DNA of 32,000 bases from positions 409,788 to 441,787 of the forward strand of contig CP065001.1 of NCBI GenBank assembly GCA_016700155.1, read 5' to 3'. Position numbers and translations under genes: made by a program. Source of the stretch: Ignavibacteriales bacterium. Lineage in GTDB: Bacteria > Bacteroidota > Ignavibacteria > Ignavibacteriales > Ignavibacteriaceae. The notes beneath the pieces were generated by a model. It did not search any database. It saw only the letters and a program-made list of their open reading frames with translations, and was not told where the DNA came from. Each line of letters begins with the position of its first letter. The first letter of the stretch is position 1. Shown one piece after another: positions 18,418 through 27,494 of the stretch.

Positions 18418-18792
18418 TTATTTGTCGCTTAAATGTTCCTTATCAACTGATTGCAAAAAACGATTTAGCTTTTTACCTAACGTTTCAAGTTTAGAGTGAA
18501 GTTCATCGTACAATACATTATCTGTAAGAGACATGGTTTCGAACAAAGTCTCGAGATGATCAATCGTTTCATCATTAGAAGCTAAAGCCATTGTTATAAA
18601 CCGTATATAATCACTTTTATAATTTCTTCTTCCGTATCCTTCTACAATATTTGACTTCACAGATTTACAGGATCTTCTGATTTGACTTCCTTCTTCATAC
18701 ATTTCAATTTTAGGTAATGCTAAAGTCATTTTATGAATCTCTATAACCAATTCTCTTGCAAGCTGCCATATTTCTAAATTCTTGTAACTCAT
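18418..18792 (-). CDS. four-helix-bundle protein (23S rRNA intervening-sequence / Avd-like family)
   Basis: '[21 protein letters not shown]', '[20 protein letters not shown]' and '[16 protein letters not shown]' are characteristic of this family. Confidence 0.85.
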   Translation of the reverse strand: MSYKNLEIWQLARELVIEIHKMTLALPKIEMYEEGSQIRRSCKSVKSNIVEGYGRRNYKSDYIRFITMALASNDETIDHLETLFETMSLTDNVLYDELHSKLETLGKKLNRFLQSVDKEHLSDK

Positions 18793-18865
18793 TTTCAATC
18801 ATAAAGAATTGTTAAAATTTATTTCGATTCTCTTGTAGCTAGTATCCAGCAACCTGCATCCAGAC

Positions 18866-19900
18866 TCACTCCCAATCCAGCACAACTTTACCTGAATTCC
18901 CAGACTTCATTATCTCAAAGCCTTCAAGGTAATTGTCAATCTTATAGCGGTGTGTGATAATTGTATTGAGGTTAAGTCCGCTTTGAACCATTGCCTGCAT
19001 CTTGAACCAGGTTTCAAACATCATTCGTCCGTAAATACCGCGAATGGTAAGACCATTGAATATAACCTTGTTCCAGTTGATTGCTGCTTTCTCAGGAAGA
19101 ATACCAAGCAGAGCCATTTTGCCGCCGTGGTACATTACATCAATCATATCATTAAATGCGTAAGGACTACCGCTCATCTCAAGTCCGACATCAAAACCTC
19201 CAACCATCCCAAGGTCTTTCATTACGTCACTCAGTTTTTCTTCTTTGATGTTAACTGCTCTCGTAACGCCGACTTTCTTTGCAAGGTCTAACCTGTAAGG
19301 ATTCATATCAGTGATAACAATATTTCTTGCGCCTGAATGTTTAACAACAGCGGCAGCCATAATACCTATAGGTCCCGCGCCTGTTATCAATACATCTTCA
19401 CCAAGTACGTCGAATGCTAATGCCGTATGTACTGCATTTCCAAGCGGATCAAATATTGAAAAATATTCTTTGGGAAGTTTTGGATCGCAATGCCAGATAT
19501 TTGATACAGGAATTACAAGATATTCCGCGAAACATCCGGGACGGTTAACACCAACACCTTTTGTATTCGGGCAAAGATGTCCGCGACCTTCACGGCAGTT
19601 GCGGCATGTTCCGCAAACAATGTGACCTTCACCGCTTACAAGTTCTCCGACTTTTACATCGTGAACGTTGCTGCCAAATGCTTCGACGATTCCCACATAC
19701 TCGTGTCCGACATGCATTGGAACCGGAATTGTTTTTTGAGCCCATTCATCCCAGTTATAGATGTGAATATCAGTTCCGCATATAGATGTTTTTTGAATTT
19801 TTATCAGCACATCATTCGGACCGTATTCGGGAACAGGAACTTCATCCATCCAGATTCCCGGCTTTGCATATTTTTTTACGAGTGCTTTCATCTTTTGCAT
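18866..19900 (-). CDS. tdh: L-threonine 3-dehydrogenase
   Basis: 344 aa zinc-dependent MDR. It has 'CGTDIHIY', 'GHEYVGIV', the structural-zinc cysteines '[15 protein letters not shown]' and the Rossmann motif 'ITGAGPIG'. It is paired with kbl. Confidence 0.92.
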   Translation of the reverse strand: MQKMKALVKKYAKPGIWMDEVPVPEYGPNDVLIKIQKTSICGTDIHIYNWDEWAQKTIPVPMHVGHEYVGIVEAFGSNVHDVKVGELVSGEGHIVCGTCRNCREGRGHLCPNTKGVGVNRPGCFAEYLVIPVSNIWHCDPKLPKEYFSIFDPLGNAVHTALAFDVLGEDVLITGAGPIGIMAAAVVKHSGARNIVITDMNPYRLDLAKKVGVTRAVNIKEEKLSDVMKDLGMVGGFDVGLEMSGSPYAFNDMIDVMYHGGKMALLGILPEKAAINWNKVIFNGLTIRGIYGRMMFETWFKMQAMVQSGLNLNTIITHRYKIDNYLEGFEIMKSGNSGKVVLDWE

Positions 19901-20258
19901 AATAATTTCCTTTTAGAAATGTGTTTGGTGAGAGTCATTTTCTAATTCATACTTAAATAAAATTTACTTTACAAAATTAGAGATAAGGCGGACAAAGGAC
20001 AAACGGGATTTAAATACAGTTAGACTTTCTTATTTAGGCAATCTAAATGAATTTTTCTGGTAAGCGGCTTTAATTATTTATAAATACCTAATGTTGACAG
20101 TTGACACAAATTAACTGATTGAATGAAATTTATTTATTCATACTAATAATTTTAAATAATTACTCTATTGTAAATGGATAGAATTAATCTGTAAGTTTGA
20201 TCGACAAATATTACTTCTTGTAATCTTTATATTTTAAAATTTTTTTTCGGAGTCTTAA

Positions 20259-23200
20259 ATGGTTAAAAGTATCTTCAGACATTTTGGATTCGTTCTGATC
20301 GTTATGTTGTTTGCGTATAATTTTTCTTATTCGCAGAAACCTGTTCAGAACAGGTCATTAATAATTAACCCTGACGTACAGGAAAATAGTATTGTCCGGA
20401 ATAACATCAGATATGATGTGAATTCAGGAATTCCTGTAGCTTTATACAAACCGGATTATGCGGTTACACCTGCTTTACCCAGGCAAATGGCTGAGCAATA
20501 TCTTTTTGAAAACGCTCAAATATTAAAAATTAAAAGTGATCTTAGCGACCTTCGGTATGTAACTACAACGGAAACCAGGGCAGGGTATCACATTCACTTT
20601 GCTCAATATATTGGAGATTATCCTGTTTACAATTCTACAATAAACGTTACGATTAATAGTAACAACCAAGTCATTTTCGTAATGAATGGTTACAAAGTTT
20701 CGTATGATACTAAAGAATCACCTGACCTTTCAACTTTAAATATCTCAGCACAGGATGCTCTGGCATCAGCCAAACAATATCTAGGAGTATCCAGCTCAAT
20801 AGAGCTTGAAAAATCACAAACGGTAGTCTATTTCAACAAAGGTCAGTTTACACTTGCGCAACTTGTAAATATAGTACCGAAAGAAGGTGTATACGGTGAC
20901 TGGGAAGTTATGGTAAATGCTCAATCGGGCGAAATTTTTAGAGTTGTCGATAAATCCTGCTATCATAAAGATGGTCCCGATAATCCAAATCTAGTAAACG
21001 GGACCGGATACGTATTTGATCCGGATCCAATCACTCATGCAAGAACATCCTATGGAACAGCAGGTTTTGTTGACAATAATGACCTCGATTCGGATTCGCT
21101 TACTGCCCACCGTGAGTTCAGAGTTTTAAATGATATTACATTTGAGGGCGGAGTATATTCTTTAAAAGGTCCATATGCGGAGATAGTGGATTTTGAATCT
21201 CCATTTACCGGACTCCACACAAGTGCAACAAGTGAATTCCATTATACAAGGAGCAGCGATAATTTTGAAGCTGTAAATGTTTACTTTCTTATTGATGCTT
21301 CAATGAGATGGATTAATGATTCATTAGGCATTACTTTACACCCATTCCAATATACAGGTGGTGTACGTGTTGATCCTCATGGATTAAGCGGTGATGATAA
21401 CTCTCACTATATACCTTCAACCGGACAACTGGCATTCGGGGATGGCGGCGTTGATGATGCTGAAGATGTTGGTGTTGTGTTACACGAATTAGGTCACGGT
21501 ATTCATGACTGGTTAACCGCCGGCTCACTTTCACAGGTTCAGGGATTAAGCGAAGGATGTGGAGATTACTGGACCACATCATATATCAGAGGCAAAGGAA
21601 TACTAACTCCATCGCACCCAGCCTACTTCTGGGTATTTGTTTGGGATGGACATAATCCATTCTGGGCCGGACGTATTGTTAATTACACTGCTCACTATCC
21701 TCAGGGTTTAACCGGTACCATTCATACTGATGGTCAGATGTGGGCTTCATCATTAATGTCGATCTGGGATCTTATAGGTAAAGAAGCTACGGATACGGAT
21801 TTTCTTGAAGCACTTGCAATGACAAACAGCAGTTCAAACCAGCAGGATGCAGCAAATGCATTTATTGCCGCCGACCAGACGGTTTACAGCGGAAGCCACC
21901 TTGCTCAAATCATTCCCGTATTTGCAGACCGGGGATATATTGAGGGCCCTATCACTCCTGATTTTACGGCAAACATAACTTCAGGAAATGCACCGCTGAC
22001 AGTTCAGTTTACAGATTTATCAATCGGACAGCCTAACCCGATTACCTCCTGGCAGTGGGATTTTAATAATGACGGAGTTGTTGATGCAACTGTTGAAGAC
22101 CCGCAATGGACTTACACTAACTTCGGAGTTTTTACTGTTAAGCTTACTGTTTCAGACGGCACAAATTTCGCGACAAAAACAAAAGTTGATTACATAAATG
22201 TCACAGATCCTAACCAGGTTACTGATACACTTTTTTCGGACAAGTTTGAAAGCGGAACAGGCGCATGGACTATCACTAACAATGGTGGAGCCTGCGTTTG
22301 GGAAATCTTTACCCCGCCTTACCCGAATACGTATACGTTACCCGCAGCATCATCAGGAGGAGTATTCTCTGCCGAATCTGATGATTGCGGCAGTAATACA
22401 ACAATGAATACAACGTCAATGATCACGCAAACATTTAATTGCAGTAACTACCCGTTAGTTGTTATTCATTTTGATAACGACTGGAGAATTCTGGATGCAC
22501 AGGACGAAGCTCATCTTGAAATCAGCACAGATGGCGGAACCACCTGGACAGGTGTTTGGGACCAGGTTGGTGTTGATGTTAGAAATACACATGAATCAAT
22601 CAATATCAGTCAGCTTGCCGCGGGTCAATCTAATGTTAAAATCAGGCTAAGATCAGTTCAACCCGGATGGGACTGGTGGTGGACTGTTGACAACTTTGCA
22701 GTTTTAGGTACATATGTTACACCTGTTGAATTAACATCATTCTCAGCTTCAGCTAATGATGATGTTGTGATGTTAAGCTGGTCAACTGCTACTGAAACCA
22801 ACAACAATGGTTTCGAAGTTGAAAGAAAATCAATTGATAATGAATTCCAGAAAGTCGGATTTGTTGAAGGTTACGGTACAACAACACAGGCGAAGCTTTA
22901 TTCATTTGTCGATTCAAAAGTACCGGCAGGAAGATATTCTTACAGGTTGAAACAAATCGACTTTGACGGAACATATGAGTATTCACCGGAAGTTGAAGTG
23001 AAAGTAAAAGTTCCTTATGTTTATTCACTTGAACAAAACTATCCGAATCCTTTTAATCCAACCACAAAAATAAGTTATTCAATTCCTGAAGAAGGATTTG
23101 TTACACTTGCAATTTATAACCTGCTTGGTGAAAAGGTTGCTACATTAATTAATGAAACGCAAAAAGCCGGCAGGTATGATGTGAAATTCCAACCGGAAAA

Positions 23201-23279
23201 TCTTTCAAGCGGAATGTACGTCTACAGGTTGGAAACAAAGAACTTTACCGCATCGAAAAAATTTGTGCTGATGAAGTAA
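20259..23279 (+). CDS. secreted zinc metalloprotease (PepSY/FTP-like propeptide, HExxH catalytic domain, PKD domain, T9SS C-terminal sorting domain)
   Basis: 1006 aa with a signal peptide. HELGH lies at 21483-21497, followed by 'GLSEGCGDYW'. A PKD-like block is 'APLTVQFTDLS...WQWDFNNDG...YTNFGVFTVKLTVSDG'. The C-terminus 'NYPNPFNPTTKISYSIP...GMYVYRLE' is a T9SS CTD. Confidence 0.85.
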   Translation: MVKSIFRHFGFVLIVMLFAYNFSYSQKPVQNRSLIINPDVQENSIVRNNIRYDVNSGIPVALYKPDYAVTPALPRQMAEQYLFENAQILKIKSDLSDLRYVTTTETRAGYHIHFAQYIGDYPVYNSTINVTINSNNQVIFVMNGYKVSYDTKESPDLSTLNISAQDALASAKQYLGVSSSIELEKSQTVVYFNKGQFTLAQLVNIVPKEGVYGDWEVMVNAQSGEIFRVVDKSCYHKDGPDNPNLVNGTGYVFDPDPITHARTSYGTAGFVDNNDLDSDSLTAHREFRVLNDITFEGGVYSLKGPYAEIVDFESPFTGLHTSATSEFHYTRSSDNFEAVNVYFLIDASMRWINDSLGITLHPFQYTGGVRVDPHGLSGDDNSHYIPSTGQLAFGDGGVDDAEDVGVVLHELGHGIHDWLTAGSLSQVQGLSEGCGDYWTTSYIRGKGILTPSHPAYFWVFVWDGHNPFWAGRIVNYTAHYPQGLTGTIHTDGQMWASSLMSIWDLIGKEATDTDFLEALAMTNSSSNQQDAANAFIAADQTVYSGSHLAQIIPVFADRGYIEGPITPDFTANITSGNAPLTVQFTDLSIGQPNPITSWQWDFNNDGVVDATVEDPQWTYTNFGVFTVKLTVSDGTNFATKTKVDYINVTDPNQVTDTLFSDKFESGTGAWTITNNGGACVWEIFTPPYPNTYTLPAASSGGVFSAESDDCGSNTTMNTTSMITQTFNCSNYPLVVIHFDNDWRILDAQDEAHLEISTDGGTTWTGVWDQVGVDVRNTHESINISQLAAGQSNVKIRLRSVQPGWDWWWTVDNFAVLGTYVTPVELTSFSASANDDVVMLSWSTATETNNNGFEVERKSIDNEFQKVGFVEGYGTTTQAKLYSFVDSKVPAGRYSYRLKQIDFDGTYEYSPEVEVKVKVPYVYSLEQNYPNPFNPTTKISYSIPEEGFVTLAIYNLLGEKVATLINETQKAGRYDVKFQPENLSSGMYVYRLETKNFTASKKFVLMK

Positions 23280-23321
23280 TGAAGTTGATGGTATTTTACC
23301 CAAAGTAAAATATGAATCTAA

Positions 23322-23348
23322 AGGCGATCAGGAATGGTCGCCTTTTTT
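23322..23348 (+). terminator. intrinsic terminator of the protease gene
   Basis: AGGCGA 23322-23327 pairs with TCGCCT 23338-23343 and runs into a T6 tract ending at 23348. Confidence 0.7.
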
Positions 23349-23483
23349 ATTGGGCTATTGTCAAATCAACTTGCTTCAGGCCGGGAGATATCACTAATCC
23401 CAAGTACTTCAAAAATTAAAACTTGTACCCCGCAGGTGGAATCGCTGATCTTATCTAGTTAAGGAGTTTTGAGTTTACAAAGA

Positions 23484-23672
23484 GTACATTCTGATTCAAG
23501 TTTAGTACATTCCCGTTCACACTGAGCACATTTCCATTCTCGTTTAATACATTTCTATACACATCGAGTACATTCTCATTCACGTTAAGAACATTCCCGT
23601 TCAGATTAAATACATTCCTGTTCACGTTGAGTACATATCTGTTCACATTCAGTACGTATCCATTCACATATC
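23484..23672. repeat. tandem array of 9 full 21-bp units (consensus about GTACATTCCCGTTCACGTTGA) with degenerate flanking units
   Basis: Units start at 23484, 23505, 23526, 23547, 23568, 23589, 23610, 23631 and 23652, head to tail. The array shares the ACATTCYC core and the 21-bp period with the array at 14994-15253. It ends about 40 nt before ATG 23713. Confidence 0.9.
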
Positions 23673-23712
23673 ATACATACATAAAGAAATTTTTTTTGTT
23701 TTTGTTGAATAA

Positions 23713-23940
23713 ATGGGGGAAAGGGTTGGTGTTAAGTTAAAGTTTAATTTCAAGTCTGTGTTTGCGGCACGCGGGATACAGAGTCCGACCGGGTTTTTGA
23801 GGAAGGCGGGGTTTTCGCCTTTTACTGCTTATTACATATCCGCGGGTAAGGTGGAGGAGGGGAAGAGGTTTATTGAGAAGAAGAGGAAAGAAACAACCTC
23901 ACCCCTTCCCCCTCTCCTTAGTAAGGAGAGGGGTGTGTGA
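23713..23940 (+). pseudogene. truncated paralogue of the 15299..15703 HTH gene
   Basis: 'FKSVFAARGIQSPTGFLRKAGFSPFTAYYISAGK' aligns with 'LNKLFAQRAIKNKIAFLTKNGFDKQTAARIIRNK'. The recognition-helix part (IEKLCLAL..PNDI) is missing. The 3' end is built from a REP-like palindrome, CCCCTCTCCTTA-G-TAAGGAGAGGGG (23909-23933). Confidence 0.45.
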
Positions 23941-24314
23941 TTTTTAAATTTTGGTTGAGTTTTGTTTTTGGTTGGTTTAAGTTGCTATTGAATTTATGTC
24001 GCCCCAGTTACCAAATCAAAAAAAATCCCGGGGCAGGCTTTGCGGCAGTTGTACAGGTTAGGCTTGTATGTGGAAAGCGGATCGGGAGAGAAAATAGTTA
24101 TGAGTTAAGAGTGATGAGTTATGAGTTTGTAGAGGAGAATATTTTTCTCAACTATAAACCAGGACTGAATTATAAAATTATCGCTAAATAATTTTATAAA
24201 AATAGTTTAAGCCTTTGTTGATTTAAGTAAGCGGTTTATAGATCAGAAAATAATTCGTGAATATCAACCGGATTGAGAACCGCCAATTCGGGGATATGTA
24301 TTAGTCCTATTTCT

Positions 24315-24974
24315 ATGAAAAGATATGTAATAAATAAAGAAGATAAGAGTTTCATTAATAGAGAAACCCATTTTGTTGAATTAGGATTATTTGACTTTTG
24401 GTCTCTTTCTATGAAAGCAATTAAAAATAATTTCCCACCATTAATTAAAATTTCCAATATTGATGAAGCATTTAATGTTATAAAAATTTTTATAAAGGAA
24501 TGTGGAAACACTCTTATATTAGACTTACCAGATGGTTATAGTACAAATTATATCACGGGTATTGAAATTGAACAAGATACAATGCGAATTATATGGTATT
24601 CTGCAAATAAAATTTTTGAAGACTCTGACGTTATAAATGATAGCTTTAATGAATTTAGAAAGAGTTATATAGGGGAAAATTTAGAACAGCAATATGGTTT
24701 TACTTTTGATTATTTAATCTTGACACCTGCTTATATTTTGATTTATGCTGAGGAACGAGCTTTCCCAGAAACGATAGATACAAATGAAGAACATTTAGAA
24801 ATATTAACTCACCCTGACTTGAAAATATATGAACACACTTGGGGAAGTTATAAAGTTGAACCCATACTTCAGTATAGAACTCGATATTATTGTAATAAAG
24901 GATTGGTTACAGTATTATATCCCAAAGCTAATCGTGGTAGTTTTAGAGCCGATGAATTTTTTGAGAGCCTTTAG
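24315..24974 (+). CDS. hypothetical protein, no recognisable domain
   Basis: The ORF is 24273..24974. I prefer ATG 24315 (MKRYVINK...). It is AT-rich and its stop lies 2 nt before the next gene's ATG. Confidence 0.55.
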   Translation: MKRYVINKEDKSFINRETHFVELGLFDFWSLSMKAIKNNFPPLIKISNIDEAFNVIKIFIKECGNTLILDLPDGYSTNYITGIEIEQDTMRIIWYSANKIFEDSDVINDSFNEFRKSYIGENLEQQYGFTFDYLILTPAYILIYAEERAFPETIDTNEEHLEILTHPDLKIYEHTWGSYKVEPILQYRTRYYCNKGLVTVLYPKANRGSFRADEFFESL

Positions 24975-24976
24975 AA

Positions 24977-26122
24977 ATGACGATTTCAGACGCATATAAA
25001 GTTCTGGAAATTGATAATCCAGATTATTCTCTATCACAAGTAAAAAATTCATTTAGAAATTTAGCAAAAAAATATCACCCAGATATTTCTGGCAAATCTG
25101 AATATTCAAGATTTATAGATATTTATAATGCTTACAGTTATTTGCTAATAAATCTTCCCAAACAGTATTCTGTTAAAAAAGATGAAACTGCTAAGCAAAA
25201 TATCTTTAACGATTCAACAATTTTTTACGATTTTATTTCTTTTATTGATCGCTTGCATCTTGATTTTATCGTTCTACCACGACGACAATTTGGGAATGTT
25301 CCATCAAATTTTTCAGACATATTTTTTAGTCAAATTGACAACATATTTTCTCAAGATACTTTAGAGTTAATCTCAGAATCAATTTTAACTGGTCATAAGA
25401 AAAGACTTATTGATTTGCTTTCTACTATCTTTGCTGGAACATCACTATTAAAAAGAAATAAATTTTTTAAAAGAATTAAAACCATCGCAAGACAAGAAAG
25501 ATATTTGTCTAATTTAATAAACGCTACAATAGTAGGTATTCCGACCCAAATTTTTACAACTAGCTCAACAAGTATTCCCGATCAGAATACAAATGATTAT
25601 AAAAGTGGTGCAATTAATGTATTATCATTACGCAAAGAATTTTTAGATAGGTTTTTAGATTATTCTCGAAGTAAACCTAACCCAATCTTCTATGAATCAT
25701 CAGTTCCTGAAAAATCTTTTAGAGAAAGTATGCGCGAAGTAAAAAGCGAAGAATCTGCTAAAATTATATTTAAAGAAATTAAGAATAGAATTAGAAGTAG
25801 CTCTGGCAAAGTACAGCTAAATGAAACTCAAATAAAAAATGTAGTTGATTACATTTCCCAGCTAGCCGATTTAGGTGAAAATTTAAAAGGACAATTTGTT
25901 TTTACGTACAGAATTAATGATGATAAAGGACTTGTTAGTGCATTAATTGAACTCTTATTAAAACAAGGTCTTTCATATGAAAGACTATCACTACTCATTA
26001 GGCTATATCAATACTACAAACTTTATCATAAAGATTACAAATTCATTTTTAAAAATCATTCACAAATAAGAGAAGGTCAAATTCTATTGGAATTAAATCA
26101 ACTTATCTCTGATATTGTATGA
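24977..26122 (+). CDS. J-domain (DnaJ-like, HPD motif intact) protein with an unassigned C-terminal region of about 310 aa
   Basis: 'DAYKVLEIDNPDYSLSQVKNSFRNLAKKYHPDISGKSEYSRFIDIYNAYSYL' shows the J-domain helix II, HPD and helix III pattern. I recognise no G/F or zinc-finger region. Confidence 0.75.
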   Translation: MTISDAYKVLEIDNPDYSLSQVKNSFRNLAKKYHPDISGKSEYSRFIDIYNAYSYLLINLPKQYSVKKDETAKQNIFNDSTIFYDFISFIDRLHLDFIVLPRRQFGNVPSNFSDIFFSQIDNIFSQDTLELISESILTGHKKRLIDLLSTIFAGTSLLKRNKFFKRIKTIARQERYLSNLINATIVGIPTQIFTTSSTSIPDQNTNDYKSGAINVLSLRKEFLDRFLDYSRSKPNPIFYESSVPEKSFRESMREVKSEESAKIIFKEIKNRIRSSSGKVQLNETQIKNVVDYISQLADLGENLKGQFVFTYRINDDKGLVSALIELLLKQGLSYERLSLLIRLYQYYKLYHKDYKFIFKNHSQIREGQILLELNQLISDIV

Positions 26123-26336
26123 GGAAGAAATATAACATCTTTAATAAGTAAAGAATCCCGCCAAAGGCGGGTAAACAATACTGTAAAAAGAAAAAAATTA
26201 TCCGGTTCGATACTTTTGAATAGAGTCCTTTAGAAAAATAAACACATTTAATCTTTTAAATAATTATAAACACGGCGTTGTGGTTTAACAACTTGTCCCT
26301 ACTATTCGGGATAACACGACGTTATATGGCTAAAGT

Positions 26337-26753
26337 ATGAAAGAGAAAGATGACATTCAAAAACCTATTTTAGAAGGTAAGTTAAAAGAAGCGCGAATAA
26401 TAACGAATGAGTTTGGTGAACCTAGTATTCCTCCTGAGTACACTTATGAATTAACTGAAGTAGGTAAGGCTGAGATAAAAAAAGCATCAGATATTTTGAA
26501 AAAATATGAGCTATTTATCGAACCAAAACAGTACTTGGAAATAAAAGAAAAGCATAATAAAATAAAATCAAAGTTCTCGCAGACCAAAGAGAGAATCAAT
26601 ATCTCATTTTTTCTTGGCATAACATGGTACTTAGTTGTTTTCTATTCTTCTTTTATAACTGAAAATATATATGTGTCTTTTATTTTTACGACCCTTATAT
26701 TTTTAATTATAATTTACTTATTCGTTTATAAAAATGATTTTGACACTTTTTAG
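26337..26753 (+). CDS. small membrane protein (soluble N-terminus, two C-terminal TM helices)
   Basis: 138 aa. 'ISFFLGITWYLVVFYSSFI' and 'VSFIFTTLIFLIIIYLFVY' are hydrophobic helices. Confidence 0.5.
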   Translation: MKEKDDIQKPILEGKLKEARIITNEFGEPSIPPEYTYELTEVGKAEIKKASDILKKYELFIEPKQYLEIKEKHNKIKSKFSQTKERINISFFLGITWYLVVFYSSFITENIYVSFIFTTLIFLIIIYLFVYKNDFDTF

Positions 26754-26769
26754 TTTTTATGAATAAACA

Positions 26770-27384
26770 ATGCCAAGTAATTTCAATAAAAATAAATTCG
26801 ATTTAATATTTCGTACAAAGAAATTTGAAGTTGAAAATCGACAAAGAAAAGATATGAAGGAATTAGTTGAAAAGTTAGCAAGAGAAAATATCAGAGGTTC
26901 TTTTGCAAATAATGCAACCAATGATTTAACACAAAATCATTTTAAGGAAATATTAAATATCTGGATAGAATCGTTAATTGAATCGTTTGGTAAAAACAGA
27001 ATTTTGGACGAAGATATAAAAGAGGTAAAAGGATTATCTGAAACTTTTAATGAACATTACATTGAAAGAGAGAAAAATGGTTTTCAGACTGCTCTTATAT
27101 CGAAGGGCAATAATTTGGGAAGCTCAATAGTAACAGATAATGTAAAGACATTAGAACATATGCTACATAGGGTTAGGACTAATGCAAATGATTTATTAAC
27201 CTTAGCTATTGATAAGCAAAATGAAAATCTCTCCTATGTCGAGAACATCAATATGATTAGCAAAAGCAACCCGAACAATGAGAATACTAATACTTCAAAC
27301 TTTTGGGAGAAATACGGAAGACAGATTTTTATTGGTGTTATTATTACTGTTATTGGAGGAATAATCTTGGGTCTAATTCTTTAA
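26770..27384 (+). CDS. tail-anchored membrane protein of unknown function
   Basis: 204 aa with a C-terminal TM helix 'QIFIGVIITVIGGIILGLIL'. It starts 16 nt after the preceding ORF. Confidence 0.5.
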   Translation: MPSNFNKNKFDLIFRTKKFEVENRQRKDMKELVEKLARENIRGSFANNATNDLTQNHFKEILNIWIESLIESFGKNRILDEDIKEVKGLSETFNEHYIEREKNGFQTALISKGNNLGSSIVTDNVKTLEHMLHRVRTNANDLLTLAIDKQNENLSYVENINMISKSNPNNENTNTSNFWEKYGRQIFIGVIITVIGGIILGLIL

Positions 27385-27440
27385 TTGTTAAGATGCCATA
27401 TAACCTCTTTAATCCGTCAAAGCCGGACAAGTAAATAAAA

Positions 27441-27460
27441 AGTCCCGCCTAAGCGGGACT
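27441..27460. terminator. bidirectional terminator hairpin between convergent genes
   Basis: AGTCCCGC-CTAA-GCGGGACT. T-rich tracts follow it on both strands (CTTTATTTC on plus, TTTTATTTAC on minus). Confidence 0.6.
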
Positions 27461-27494
27461 CTTTATTTCATAACATAAATCTATTAATTAACAA

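Noticed and set aside
23937-24191. An 84-aa plus-strand ORF in G/T-rich DNA after the truncated HTH gene, and the 91-aa minus-strand ORF at 24236..24511.
   Set aside because: The first is low-complexity sequence built from repeat-like DNA (GTTATGAGTTAAGAGTGATGAGTTATGAG) with no recognisable motifs. The second lies antisense to the better-supported 24315..24974 ORF.
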